From a virus, in the IMG/VR virus record IMGVR_UViG_3300027969_000043, positions 32,001 through 96,000 of that record: a DNA stretch of 64,000 nucleotides; one strand, written 5' to 3'. The number at the start of each line of letters is the position of its first letter. Position 1 is the first letter of the stretch. Positions 39,486 through 49,093 of the stretch are shown one piece after another. The notes under the pieces were generated by a model that ran no database searches, was not told where the DNA came from, and worked only from the letters and a program-made list of their open reading frames with translations. The translations under genes were made by a program, and so were the position numbers.

Positions 39486-42400
39486 TTATACCGATATATC
39501 ACCCGATAAATACCAAACGTCCCCAGACTTCTTTATTAATGTTGCAAAACTATACTGGCTTCTCAACTTTAATGCACCTCCAGAGCTTAATATAGTTACA
39601 CCAGTACCACCACTGATAGATGTTTGACCAGTACCATTTTGAACAATACCAATTTGAACACCAGTGCTAAAATTGGTTGTAGCACTAGGTGGTATGGATA
39701 CAACATTAGCCGTAGAACTAGTCATTTCAATAATGGTATTATTATTAGCCGCTGAAAGCTGTAAAGTATATGCCGTTCCAATAATAGCACCAAATGACAC
39801 ATTACTACTTGCTGATGTAATTCCTGTGATGGTATTTCCATTTACAGAACCTGTACCTGAAAGAGTGATTGTACCTGTTGCAGAATTATATGTACCACCA
39901 GTTACAGCATTTATTGTATATGTAAGTGCTGTACTACCACCTGAAGTAACACTCAACACATTACCTGACAATGTTGTTGCGCTTATATATGTTGGTAAAT
40001 TAAAATAGGTTGTTGCTGATATTGTTGTTGCTGTTAACCCAGATACAATTGTATTACCAGTTACTGTTAATGTATTTGCTGTCAGGCCAGCTAATCTAGC
40101 ATTACCAGTCACGTTTAACGTATTTGCAGTTAATCCACTAGTAAATATTGTTGCACCATTTACCGTTCCACCAGAAAATGTAGATGAACTAGCAGTAAAC
40201 GGGTCAACTTGAACAATTTTTGTAACCCCACTCAATCTAATTCTTAAATCATTATTTTGAATCCATATATCACCATCGTTTGGTGATGTCGGCGCTGTTG
40301 AACCAGTAATGAGCCTTAATGAAGCTTGAGTTGCAGTTGCGGCTGGAAGTGTTAATCTAGCAGTAGGTGTTTCTACACCAATACCAATCATACCTGTCGC
40401 TGTTGCACCTGTTGATGGATTACCAGTTGTTGTTGCATATGTATTTGAACCAAAAATAACACCACCAATATTAATTCGATTTGATGGTGTTCCAGACAAA
40501 CCTATATTTGTACCTACGATAATATTATTTGAACCTAAGTTACCACGCCAACCCGTTTGATATCCTAACAATATTGATTGGCTACCACCAGTCATAAAAT
40601 AGCCAGCTCTATAACCAATAGCCACTAAATCCGATGGTCCGCCAACAATTGACCTACCTGATTCAGAACCCATGATTATTGATGTTGTAACACCTGTCGA
40701 GCTAATACCAGCACTTTGACCAACAATTATTGAAGTTGATGACCCCGAAGCGTCCAGCCCAGCATTATTACCAACAAAAACAGAATTTAACGCAGTTGTT
40801 GCACCATTACCAGCAGAACTACCAATAAAAATAACGTTTGAAGTTACAAAACCACTAATTGATGAATCAGCACCAGCAGCATTACCAATATAAATTGAGG
40901 ATGAAGGTGTATAATTTCTAGCACCTGCCGACAATCCAATACCGACAGAGCTACTTAACGTAACACCATTAATACCCGCATTAGAACCAATGTACACTGA
41001 CGCAGAAGCACCATTTGTATTTAAACCAGCACTATTACCAATAAAAACAGAATTTGTTGAAGTACCTGACAAATCTTTGCCAGCTTGAAAACCAATAACT
41101 ACTGTATTTGCAAATGTGCTAGCTGTATCAGCAGTATATTGTCTAGATTGAAAACCAGCTTGATTACCAATAATAACCGCACTAGTTGCTTGACCCTTAT
41201 TAGTTTTATACGCTGATGTCCCAATAACAACACTACTCGATAACCTACTAGATGCACGAGCGGCTTCAGTACCAATAACGACCGTATTTTGCGAATTACC
41301 CGAAACAAATGCCCCCGCTAAATTACCTATAAAGGTTGAATTAGCAATTGTACCTGCATTTGTCGAACCAGTTGCTGGAAAATAAGGATTTGTCGCAGCA
41401 TTTGTTCCAATTGCAATAACATTAGCCGCATTATTTGCTGTTGCCGCACTCAAAAGACCGTTAAAACCTATAACAACACCATATGTTAAACCAGTAGACC
41501 TAGAACCAGCATCAGTACCAACTAAAACACTACCATATGACAAATAATTATTAAGACCAGCCCTGTAACCAATATAGTCAGAATAATCATTACCCGTAGC
41601 ACCACTACCAGCTTGATAACCAATGAAATTAAAAAATTTAGTATTAGTTGTACCACTACCAGCTTCATAGCCAATTATATTACCATATTGTATATTACTA
41701 GATAATTGACCAGCTGAAGCACCAATAAGTGTTGTACCTGTTATAGCTGACGCTTGATAACCAGCTTGGTTACCAATAAAATTTAAATCACTATTTACGG
41801 TTACATCTGAAAAAAGAACACCCAAACCCGCATTGTAACCAATAAAATTTGAGAAAGTTATACCAGTTGATGATTCACCAGCACTAGTACCAATAAAATT
41901 TGAAGCTGATGTGTTTCTAGCACCATCACCAGCAGCAGAACCAATAAAAGATGACCCCCCTATATTCCTAGCACCATTACCAGCACCATACCCCATAAAA
42001 TTTGAATAACTTGACTCACTTGCACCACCACCAGCATCACTACCAAATAAATTTGAATTAGTAATATCCGTTGCCTCCTTACCAGCATCCTTACCAATAA
42101 AATTTGAATTGGTAATACCAGAAGCAGAACTCCCAGCATTTGAACCAATAAAATTTGAAGAGGCTAAATCAGAACCGTTCGATGCTGCATTGTAACCAAT
42201 AGCATTTATTTTTAATATATTACCAAACCCATCAGTATTATTAATACCATAACCAGCAGTATCACCAATAAAATTTGAACTAGTAACACCCGTTGTAAGT
42301 CTACCAGCATTATAACCAATGAAATTTGAACGGCTTGTCGCACTTGCCCCATCACCAACATTACTACCAATAAAATTTGAATATATTGAATCGTTAGCGC

Positions 42401-45400
42401 TAATTCCAGCAGAATTACCAATAAAATTTGAATATGTTACACCAGTTGCATTTTGACCAGCATCTGAACCAATAAAATTAGAGTCATCTGAGTTAATTGC
42501 TTGATACCCAGCACCACCACCAATAAAGTTTGAATTACTAGAACTAGACGCATAAATACCAGCATTTTGACCGATAAAATTTGAACCAGTAACACCAGTT
42601 AGTTCAGAACCAGCATAATTGCCAATAAAATTTGAGCTTTGAACATTACTTGCCAAATTACCAGCTCCGATTACAGCAAAAAATGAATTAGTTATACCAC
42701 TCGAAGAAGCACCAGCTTCGGTACCAATAAAACTAGATTGATATATATCAAATGTGTTAGTACCAGCGTTATCACCAAAAAAATCTGCCAATTGGGAATC
42801 AATATTATTTGCCCCAGCATTTTTACCAATAAAGTTCGAGCGAGTAGTGCCCGTACTATTACTACCAGCACCTTGCCCAACAACAAACATATCGTTACCC
42901 AAAGCCTCAGCACCAGAACCGATGGCTATTGAATCGCTAGCTGAAACAACTGGTGGTGTTGTTGGATTTGTTGATGGTTCAGCGTAGTATTTTAAAGAAA
43001 CCGTTGACGCACTGCCTGTTAATCCAGAAACTGGATAAGCATGTAGAACACCATCAGTATCAATACTAACAACAAATGTATCAGCTGTTGTTGCTGTTAA
43101 TCCTTGAAATCTAACAGGGTTTGTTGCTGCTGATATGTGTAATGTGTTGGTTGCAGCTGTTGTACCAAAACCAGTGTTTCCTGATGCATCAACATATAAT
43201 CTAATTGTACCAGCACCGTTAGCGATAACGATGCTATTGGTTAAACCACTTGTAAGTTGTGGTATGTTATTACCAATAACAAGGTTATTGCTTCCTGTTA
43301 TAATACCCTTACCAGCATAATTACCAATATAAATATTATTATCACCACTTGTTTGTCCAGAGCCAGCTAGTAAACCAATTAAAATAGTATTGTTTAAATT
43401 AGCAATACCTGTATAACCACTATTTAATACCCCCGTAGCCCACCCAATACTAGTATTACCTGAACCCGTTTGATTATGATACAATGCTCCTTGACCAACA
43501 CCCGTGTTATTAATACCTGTTGTATTATTATATAACGCGGCGTAACCAATACCTGTATTATAGTTACCTGTTGTGTTAAATCTAAGAGCAACGCTACCAG
43601 TACTAGTATTTCCAGTACCAATAGTACTAGTAGCTAATGACGCATAACCAATTGCTGTGTTTGAGTTACCTGTAGTGTTTACAAGTAGAGCACTAGACCC
43701 AACAGCTGTATTAAAACTACTACCAGTTGTGTCTCTTAATGTACCATTACCAACACCTGTATTACTACCACCAACAGCAAGTTTACTCAACGAACCGTAA
43801 CCAATCGCAAAATTTAAATTACCTGTTGTATTTGCAGCTAAAGCACCAGAGCCAATTGCTAAATTTCTAATTCCCGTAGTATTTAATGATAAACTACCCG
43901 CACCAATAGCAGTATTTTCATAACCAGTAGTATTGTTAGTTAACGCACTAGTACCAATTGCGTTATTAGTATATCCAATTGTATTTTTTGCTAAAGCTTG
44001 ATAACCGATTGCAGTATTGCTATAACCACTTGTAACCCCTGATAATGAACCAGCACCAATACCCACATTACCACCAAAATTAACACCAGAATCAATTGTT
44101 GTAAAATTACCAGCACTATTACCTAAAAATAAGTTATTGGTACCATATGAATGAATAAATCTATTTGAATTCTGATTAATAACACCAGAACTTGATGATG
44201 TGGTACTAGGTATACCAACAGTTGTTGCCGATAAATCACCGTTTACCGTAAACCCACTAACTGTATTAAAGTTTGTTGTAAATGTTCGACCACTAGAATC
44301 ATTTATTGTAAATGTATTTGCTGAAGATATATATCCAAAACTAGTAATAACCGTATCAGTATATCCACTTGTAAATCCTGAAACATCAAACACACCACGA
44401 CCACTCAATGCCAACCAATTAAGTGTATCACCTGTTGGTGGTGTAGCACTAGGCCCAGCATTAGCAGATATTACAAAATAATCTTTATTATTACCACTAT
44501 ATGTAACAACCGTATCTGCTGTATATGCAGACACCGCCCTCCAATTACCAGCATAATACAAACCAGTACGGCTATTGCTAACATTTGAATAAAACGTAAC
44601 AACACCACTGTTTTTATTATAGGTACCACCAGTTACAGTCATATCTGTAGCCAATATACTTAGGCTTACTGTTAATGGTGAGTTATTGTTTTGATTAATG
44701 GTTAAATCATAATCACCCTGACTAAATGTAAAACCAGTCACATAAACATCTTGTGGTAACCCATTATATTGTGTTGCCGATATCGTTGTTGCTGAAAAAG
44801 TATTTGCTGTTAAACCACTAGTAAATATTGTCGCACCACCAACAGAACCACCAGTAAAAGTATCTACTGGTAAATTAAGATATGTTGTTGCTGATATTGT
44901 ATTAGCAGATAATCCACCAGTGAATAAAGTAGCCCCATTAACGGTACCACCAGTAAAGTTACCAACTGGCAGATTAAGGTATGTTGTTGCCGATATTGTA
45001 TTACCACTAAGTCCGTTGGTGAATAAAGTAGCCCCGTTAACGGTACCACCAGTAAAATTACCAACTGGTAAGTTAAGATATGTTGTGGCGCTAATTGTAT
45101 TTGCGGTTAAACCACTAGTAAATATTGTCGCACCACCAACTGAACCACCAGTAAAGTTACCAACTGGTAGGTTAAGATATGTTGTTGCTGATATTGTATT
45201 ACCACTAAGTCCGTTGGTAAATAAAGTAGCTCCGCTAACAGTACCACCATCAAAAGGGTCAATGGTTTTTAATACTAAATCATTATCTGCAATACCATTA
45301 TTATACCAGTATTCAATCACACCAGAACCAGAAAAAATACCAACGGTCAACCCCTTTGTTCTTTGTAATGATAGTATATTAGTATTAGCGTCTGTAACAC

Positions 45401-45476
45401 CACTCCATGGACCGTAACGGTTGTCCAATACTTTTGGTGAGTTACTATTTATATTGTCACTAAGATTTATTCCCAT
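39486..45476 (-). CDS. Very long tail fibre, 1996 aa, with two YadA-like repeat regions and a C-terminal beta-sandwich
   Basis: NTAIGxxALxxNTTG and SNFIGxxAG arrays; N-terminal tandem 35-aa repeats; C-terminal AYTLQLS...IPP...FSTGVQIGIVQNGTGQTSI...QYSFATLIKKSGDVWYLSGD. Confidence 0.82.
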   Translation of the reverse strand: MGINLSDNINSNSPKVLDNRYGPWSGVTDANTNILSLQRTKGLTVGIFSGSGVIEYWYNNGIADNDLVLKTIDPFDGGTVSGATLFTNGLSGNTISATTYLNLPVGNFTGGSVGGATIFTSGLTANTISATTYLNLPVGNFTGGTVNGATLFTNGLSGNTISATTYLNLPVGNFTGGTVNGATLFTGGLSANTISATTYLNLPVDTFTGGSVGGATIFTSGLTANTFSATTISATQYNGLPQDVYVTGFTFSQGDYDLTINQNNNSPLTVSLSILATDMTVTGGTYNKNSGVVTFYSNVSNSRTGLYYAGNWRAVSAYTADTVVTYSGNNKDYFVISANAGPSATPPTGDTLNWLALSGRGVFDVSGFTSGYTDTVITSFGYISSANTFTINDSSGRTFTTNFNTVSGFTVNGDLSATTVGIPSTTSSSSGVINQNSNRFIHSYGTNNLFLGNSAGNFTTIDSGVNFGGNVGIGAGSLSGVTSGYSNTAIGYQALAKNTIGYTNNAIGTSALTNNTTGYENTAIGAGSLSLNTTGIRNLAIGSGALAANTTGNLNFAIGYGSLSKLAVGGSNTGVGNGTLRDTTGSSFNTAVGSSALLVNTTGNSNTAIGYASLATSTIGTGNTSTGSVALRFNTTGNYNTGIGYAALYNNTTGINNTGVGQGALYHNQTGSGNTSIGWATGVLNSGYTGIANLNNTILIGLLAGSGQTSGDNNIYIGNYAGKGIITGSNNLVIGNNIPQLTSGLTNSIVIANGAGTIRLYVDASGNTGFGTTAATNTLHISAATNPVRFQGLTATTADTFVVSIDTDGVLHAYPVSGLTGSASTVSLKYYAEPSTNPTTPPVVSASDSIAIGSGAEALGNDMFVVGQGAGSNSTGTTRSNFIGKNAGANNIDSQLADFFGDNAGTNTFDIYQSSFIGTEAGASSSGITNSFFAVIGAGNLASNVQSSNFIGNYAGSELTGVTGSNFIGQNAGIYASSSSNSNFIGGGAGYQAINSDDSNFIGSDAGQNATGVTYSNFIGNSAGISANDSIYSNFIGSNVGDGASATSRSNFIGYNAGRLTTGVTSSNFIGDTAGYGINNTDGFGNILKINAIGYNAASNGSDLASSNFIGSNAGSSASGITNSNFIGKDAGKEATDITNSNLFGSDAGGGASESSYSNFMGYGAGNGARNIGGSSFIGSAAGDGARNTSASNFIGTSAGESSTGITFSNFIGYNAGLGVLFSDVTVNSDLNFIGNQAGYQASAITGTTLIGASAGQLSSNIQYGNIIGYEAGSGTTNTKFFNFIGYQAGSGATGNDYSDYIGYRAGLNNYLSYGSVLVGTDAGSRSTGLTYGVVIGFNGLLSAATANNAANVIAIGTNAATNPYFPATGSTNAGTIANSTFIGNLAGAFVSGNSQNTVVIGTEAARASSRLSSSVVIGTSAYKTNKGQATSAVIIGNQAGFQSRQYTADTASTFANTVVIGFQAGKDLSGTSTNSVFIGNSAGLNTNGASASVYIGSNAGINGVTLSSSVGIGLSAGARNYTPSSSIYIGNAAGADSSISGFVTSNVIFIGSSAGNGATTALNSVFVGNNAGLDASGSSTSIIVGQSAGISSTGVTTSIIMGSESGRSIVGGPSDLVAIGYRAGYFMTGGSQSILLGYQTGWRGNLGSNNIIVGTNIGLSGTPSNRINIGGVIFGSNTYATTTGNPSTGATATGMIGIGVETPTARLTLPAATATQASLRLITGSTAPTSPNDGDIWIQNNDLRIRLSGVTKIVQVDPFTASSSTFSGGTVNGATIFTSGLTANTLNVTGNARLAGLTANTLTVTGNTIVSGLTATTISATTYFNLPTYISATTLSGNVLSVTSGGSTALTYTINAVTGGTYNSATGTITLSGTGSVNGNTITGITSASSNVSFGAIIGTAYTLQLSAANNNTIIEMTSSTANVVSIPPSATTNFSTGVQIGIVQNGTGQTSISGGTGVTILSSGGALKLRSQYSFATLIKKSGDVWYLSGDISV
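44815..45255 (-). repeat. Tandem repeats of about 105 bp (35 aa) in the fibre
   Basis: FTGGxVxGATxFTxGLxxNTISATTYLNLPVGN, 4-5 copies. Confidence 0.85.
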
Positions 45477-45481
45477 ATTAT

Positions 45482-47248
45482 TTAATTATTTCTAAATTCT
45501 AATGTTTGTTGCACAGTAGGATAAACACTCCAATGCATTTTATAGTTAATTCCAGACCAATAAGATTCTGGACTTTTAACGGGTTGTAAAACGGCTGTTG
45601 TAATAAAACTATTATCAATATTACCAAAATTAAAACCAGTCTCCCACCATAATGTTTTTGTTGTATATCCAGAATAATAAGCAACCCAAATAAATTCACC
45701 AGTATTTAGTGTATTATATGGTATTGATATCGTACCAGATGCTGATGATAAAACTTTATTTGCTGTACCAGCAGATATAGTATCCGCAATATCCTGAGCC
45801 GTTGGCAATGTATTTGATTTACCCCAGAAATATGGGTATATACCTGTTATAGTAAATGTTGTTGAAGAAAAATTACTACTAGCTGCTTGTGGTGCGTTAA
45901 CAGAACGCACAGCTGGTGTTCTTGTATCAACAACTCCTTTGTTATTATTTTTAGAAGACCCAGAGGCATAATTACCGTCACCGTTATAAATTGTTGTTGA
46001 TGAATTACCCACCACAGGTGCTGGTATAACATACGATTCGGAATACGACGGTGTCATTGTGTACCTAAAATTAGGGTTATTAGGATTCGGATAGGTAAAT
46101 TGATTTGGAACAGCTGTTGTTGAAGATACCGCAAACGTCGTATCGGTAAATAATGAAGAACCATCCCTTAATACCCTTAGCTGTGAAAAAGCACCTGCGT
46201 CATTTTTAACACCAAACACACTAATAGTTGGTGAATATGTTACACCAATCTCTAATGTTTGTGTTGATGGACCAGTCATTGTTATTGTTGGTATTGTGTA
46301 TGTTGGATTAGCAACAGGAAATAAAATATCATCAAACAACTGAACCAATGTTCTACCTGTTAATAATGAAACAGTTGTTCCAGCTGATAACCCACCAATA
46401 CCCCTATCCATTGCTAACCCTCCATCTAAAGCAGTATTATAAAGAGAATATAACGAATTACCGTTCCTACCTAAACCAGTATTTGCTGATACCGTAATCC
46501 CAACGTTTGAAAGATTTGAACCATCACCATAATATGTTGATGCACTAACAGTCGTAGCTGATATGGTACCCATATTAGCAGTTGTTGCTGAAATCAGTCC
46601 AGAACTAATAGATACAGCATTTAACGTATTAAATGTTGCAGCACTATTAACGGTTAAATTACCACTAATAGTTAAACCTGTCATACTATTTACCCTCTGC
46701 GTAAATGTTGCACCGCTAGAATCAAAAATACTAAATGTATTATTTTGATATGTAAAACCAGTAACACGTATATCCGTATACCCACTTGCAAATCCAACAA
46801 CAGGAAATGTACCACCACTATTATTAATAAACGTAACAACACCGTTATTTTTGTCATAAGTACCACCAGTTACCCTCATATCTGTAGCTAGTATCGATAA
46901 AGATTCCGTTGTTGACCAAGTGTCGTTTCTACTTATGGTTAAGTTATAGTTAGCAACATCAAAAGTTAAACCAGTCACATAAACATCGTCAGATGGTTTA
47001 AAAAATCCAGTCACGTCAAACGTTCCACCACTAATATTAGTAAAAGTGATAATACCTGTAGTATCATTATAAGTACCGCCAGTTATTACAGCTTCAACAT
47101 TCAATCCATCGGTTATAAAATTAGCTAAAGTACTTAATGCAACTTTTTTTGTTTGGTTACCATTAACAATAGGCATTACATCATTATTGGTTAATGATGT
47201 GGCAAATGTTAATTGACTAATTTTTTTATTTTCGTTTTGTGCTGGCAT
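45482..47248 (-). CDS. Virion fibre adaptor protein
   Basis: N-terminal KKISQLTFATSLTNNDVMPIV..TKKV, VTGGTY knobs, and a C-terminal domain paralogous to 34201-35460. Confidence 0.65.
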   Translation of the reverse strand: MPAQNENKKISQLTFATSLTNNDVMPIVNGNQTKKVALSTLANFITDGLNVEAVITGGTYNDTTGIITFTNISGGTFDVTGFFKPSDDVYVTGLTFDVANYNLTISRNDTWSTTESLSILATDMRVTGGTYDKNNGVVTFINNSGGTFPVVGFASGYTDIRVTGFTYQNNTFSIFDSSGATFTQRVNSMTGLTISGNLTVNSAATFNTLNAVSISSGLISATTANMGTISATTVSASTYYGDGSNLSNVGITVSANTGLGRNGNSLYSLYNTALDGGLAMDRGIGGLSAGTTVSLLTGRTLVQLFDDILFPVANPTYTIPTITMTGPSTQTLEIGVTYSPTISVFGVKNDAGAFSQLRVLRDGSSLFTDTTFAVSSTTAVPNQFTYPNPNNPNFRYTMTPSYSESYVIPAPVVGNSSTTIYNGDGNYASGSSKNNNKGVVDTRTPAVRSVNAPQAASSNFSSTTFTITGIYPYFWGKSNTLPTAQDIADTISAGTANKVLSSASGTISIPYNTLNTGEFIWVAYYSGYTTKTLWWETGFNFGNIDNSFITTAVLQPVKSPESYWSGINYKMHWSVYPTVQQTLEFRNN

Positions 47249-47258
47249 CTTTTTTAAT

Positions 47259-49070
47259 TTATTCTTGTTCTATTGCAAAAGAATCTTCCTGTAAAATCCA
47301 ATAATAATTCTCCAAAAGAATTAGGTTTGCGTTTGATGGATAATACCTAGATACTTCGCTTATATAAATATTCTGTATATCTGTAAAATATAAATCACAG
47401 ATATTAAATTTAAATTGAGATATACCCCCAATAAACGTTCCAGCAAAATTTTCTTGTATTGGTAAACCTAAATCATTTTGGTCTCTACCATCAAATGTTT
47501 GCGTTTCAATTAATCCCTGCGAACCGCCACCTAAACTAATGTTAAACGGAACACCAACTTGCTTTTCCATATGCTCTTCAAGCCTTCTTGCGATAAATTC
47601 ACTAAAATTATTTACAGTAAATTTAAGCCTACCATTAATATAAAACATCAACCTACCAGTTCTTGGTTTTTTATATTTAAAATCACAATCATCATAGTAT
47701 TCATCCATTGTATATCGAATAACAACATTTGTCCATGCGTCATTCTGAACCATTCCGCTTGAAGAATAACCCTCTTGTATTGTTATTCCACTAACATAAG
47801 TTGTTCCAGAACATTGACCAGTCACACTTAAAAGCCTGTATCCAATACTACCATCATCTTTAATTCTAAACCCTAATGCGTTATCTAGGATATCTAATTT
47901 GTAATCTAAATTATCAAATTCAATTGATTCACTAAAACCAGAAAAACTACAAACAGTTTGATTACCAAATCCACTAGGATTAGAATTACCGCATGAATGA
48001 CATCTTGTTGAACCACTACCAGCCCTACCATATATTAAAAACGGATTTTCTGTGTTAGTTATTACTGTTTTTGGTGTTGTAATAACTAATGGCCCACCAG
48101 AATAAGTACAAACAGTTTTGCTACCTAGACCGCTATGATTTACAGCACCGCACGAATGACATCTACTTGGACGCATTCCAGCTCTACCATAGATTAAAAA
48201 TGGATTTGTAATATATTCGGTATTTACACTATCTGGATATAAAGATATCAACTCACCACTCGCACCAGTAATAAAAATTTCTGGTTCTTTAGGTATTGTA
48301 CACCAATCACTTAGTGTATCGGTACAACCAGCTGGGACGGTACAACCACTGGTACAACCAGTATCAGCACCCTCAAACAAATTCCAAAATTTATTTTCAG
48401 CACGCGTACCCATATAAAAGAAAAATCCTTTATTGTTCGGGTATGTGTCATTTAATATTGTATCTGTATAACCAGAACACTGGTCTTCTTGTTTTTTTAA
48501 CCAAAATTGTGCGGCCCAAGCCTTATTTACTCTATTTGGTAAAACATCATATGTTGAACCATCTATCTTATAATATCCCTGATAAAAACCACCACACATT
48601 TGAGCATAATCGCCACTATCGTCATTTAATATATCTATTGGGTATATATAATCACCTGTTGTACCTGTGACCCTATTAAGATGCAATCTGCTATCACCAG
48701 ATGGGATAATCAGAGTTGTACCCGTTAATGCAGATAAAATAGCTTGATTTGTTGGGTCTGATGGATTTTTTTCAAAGGTTACCAATCCATTATCAATACC
48801 TGTAATACCTATCGTACTAAAAGTATATCCAGTATTTGTTGCACCAGTCCAATAATATAGACTTGAAATCGTATTTGCGGATGTTGAACCTGAAGAATAT
48901 ATTGCTGGTTCATTAAAATCAAACCAAACAACAGCACATTCACCAGTTATGGGAATATTGGGTATCAACGATTGATTATCATCGTCATTTGCTAGATAAA
49001 AATCCCAATAATCGCTATTAGATAATCTTAAATCCAGCTTTTTATACTTATAGTTTTTTATGTTTCCCAT
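47259..49070 (-). CDS. Virion structural protein with a concanavalin-A/LamG-like fold and Cys-rich inserts
   Basis: WAAQFWLK...GFFFYMG...WTNVVIR...LMFYING...ISLGGG...FIGGISQFKF; two NPFLIYGRAG..RCHSCG repeats. Confidence 0.55.
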   Translation of the reverse strand: MGNIKNYKYKKLDLRLSNSDYWDFYLANDDDNQSLIPNIPITGECAVVWFDFNEPAIYSSGSTSANTISSLYYWTGATNTGYTFSTIGITGIDNGLVTFEKNPSDPTNQAILSALTGTTLIIPSGDSRLHLNRVTGTTGDYIYPIDILNDDSGDYAQMCGGFYQGYYKIDGSTYDVLPNRVNKAWAAQFWLKKQEDQCSGYTDTILNDTYPNNKGFFFYMGTRAENKFWNLFEGADTGCTSGCTVPAGCTDTLSDWCTIPKEPEIFITGASGELISLYPDSVNTEYITNPFLIYGRAGMRPSRCHSCGAVNHSGLGSKTVCTYSGGPLVITTPKTVITNTENPFLIYGRAGSGSTRCHSCGNSNPSGFGNQTVCSFSGFSESIEFDNLDYKLDILDNALGFRIKDDGSIGYRLLSVTGQCSGTTYVSGITIQEGYSSSGMVQNDAWTNVVIRYTMDEYYDDCDFKYKKPRTGRLMFYINGRLKFTVNNFSEFIARRLEEHMEKQVGVPFNISLGGGSQGLIETQTFDGRDQNDLGLPIQENFAGTFIGGISQFKFNICDLYFTDIQNIYISEVSRYYPSNANLILLENYYWILQEDSFAIEQE

Positions 49071-49078
49071 TATAATAT

Positions 49079-49086
49079 ATAAATAT
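49079..49086 (-). promoter_or_regulatory. Putative late-promoter motif ATATTTAT
   Basis: Recurrent oriented motif. Confidence 0.45.
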
Positions 49087-49093
49087 CAATTTT

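Noticed and set aside
47985-48165. CHSC read as a c-type heme-binding motif
   Set aside because: The motif is CxxCG, not CxxCH, and the protein has no signal peptide.
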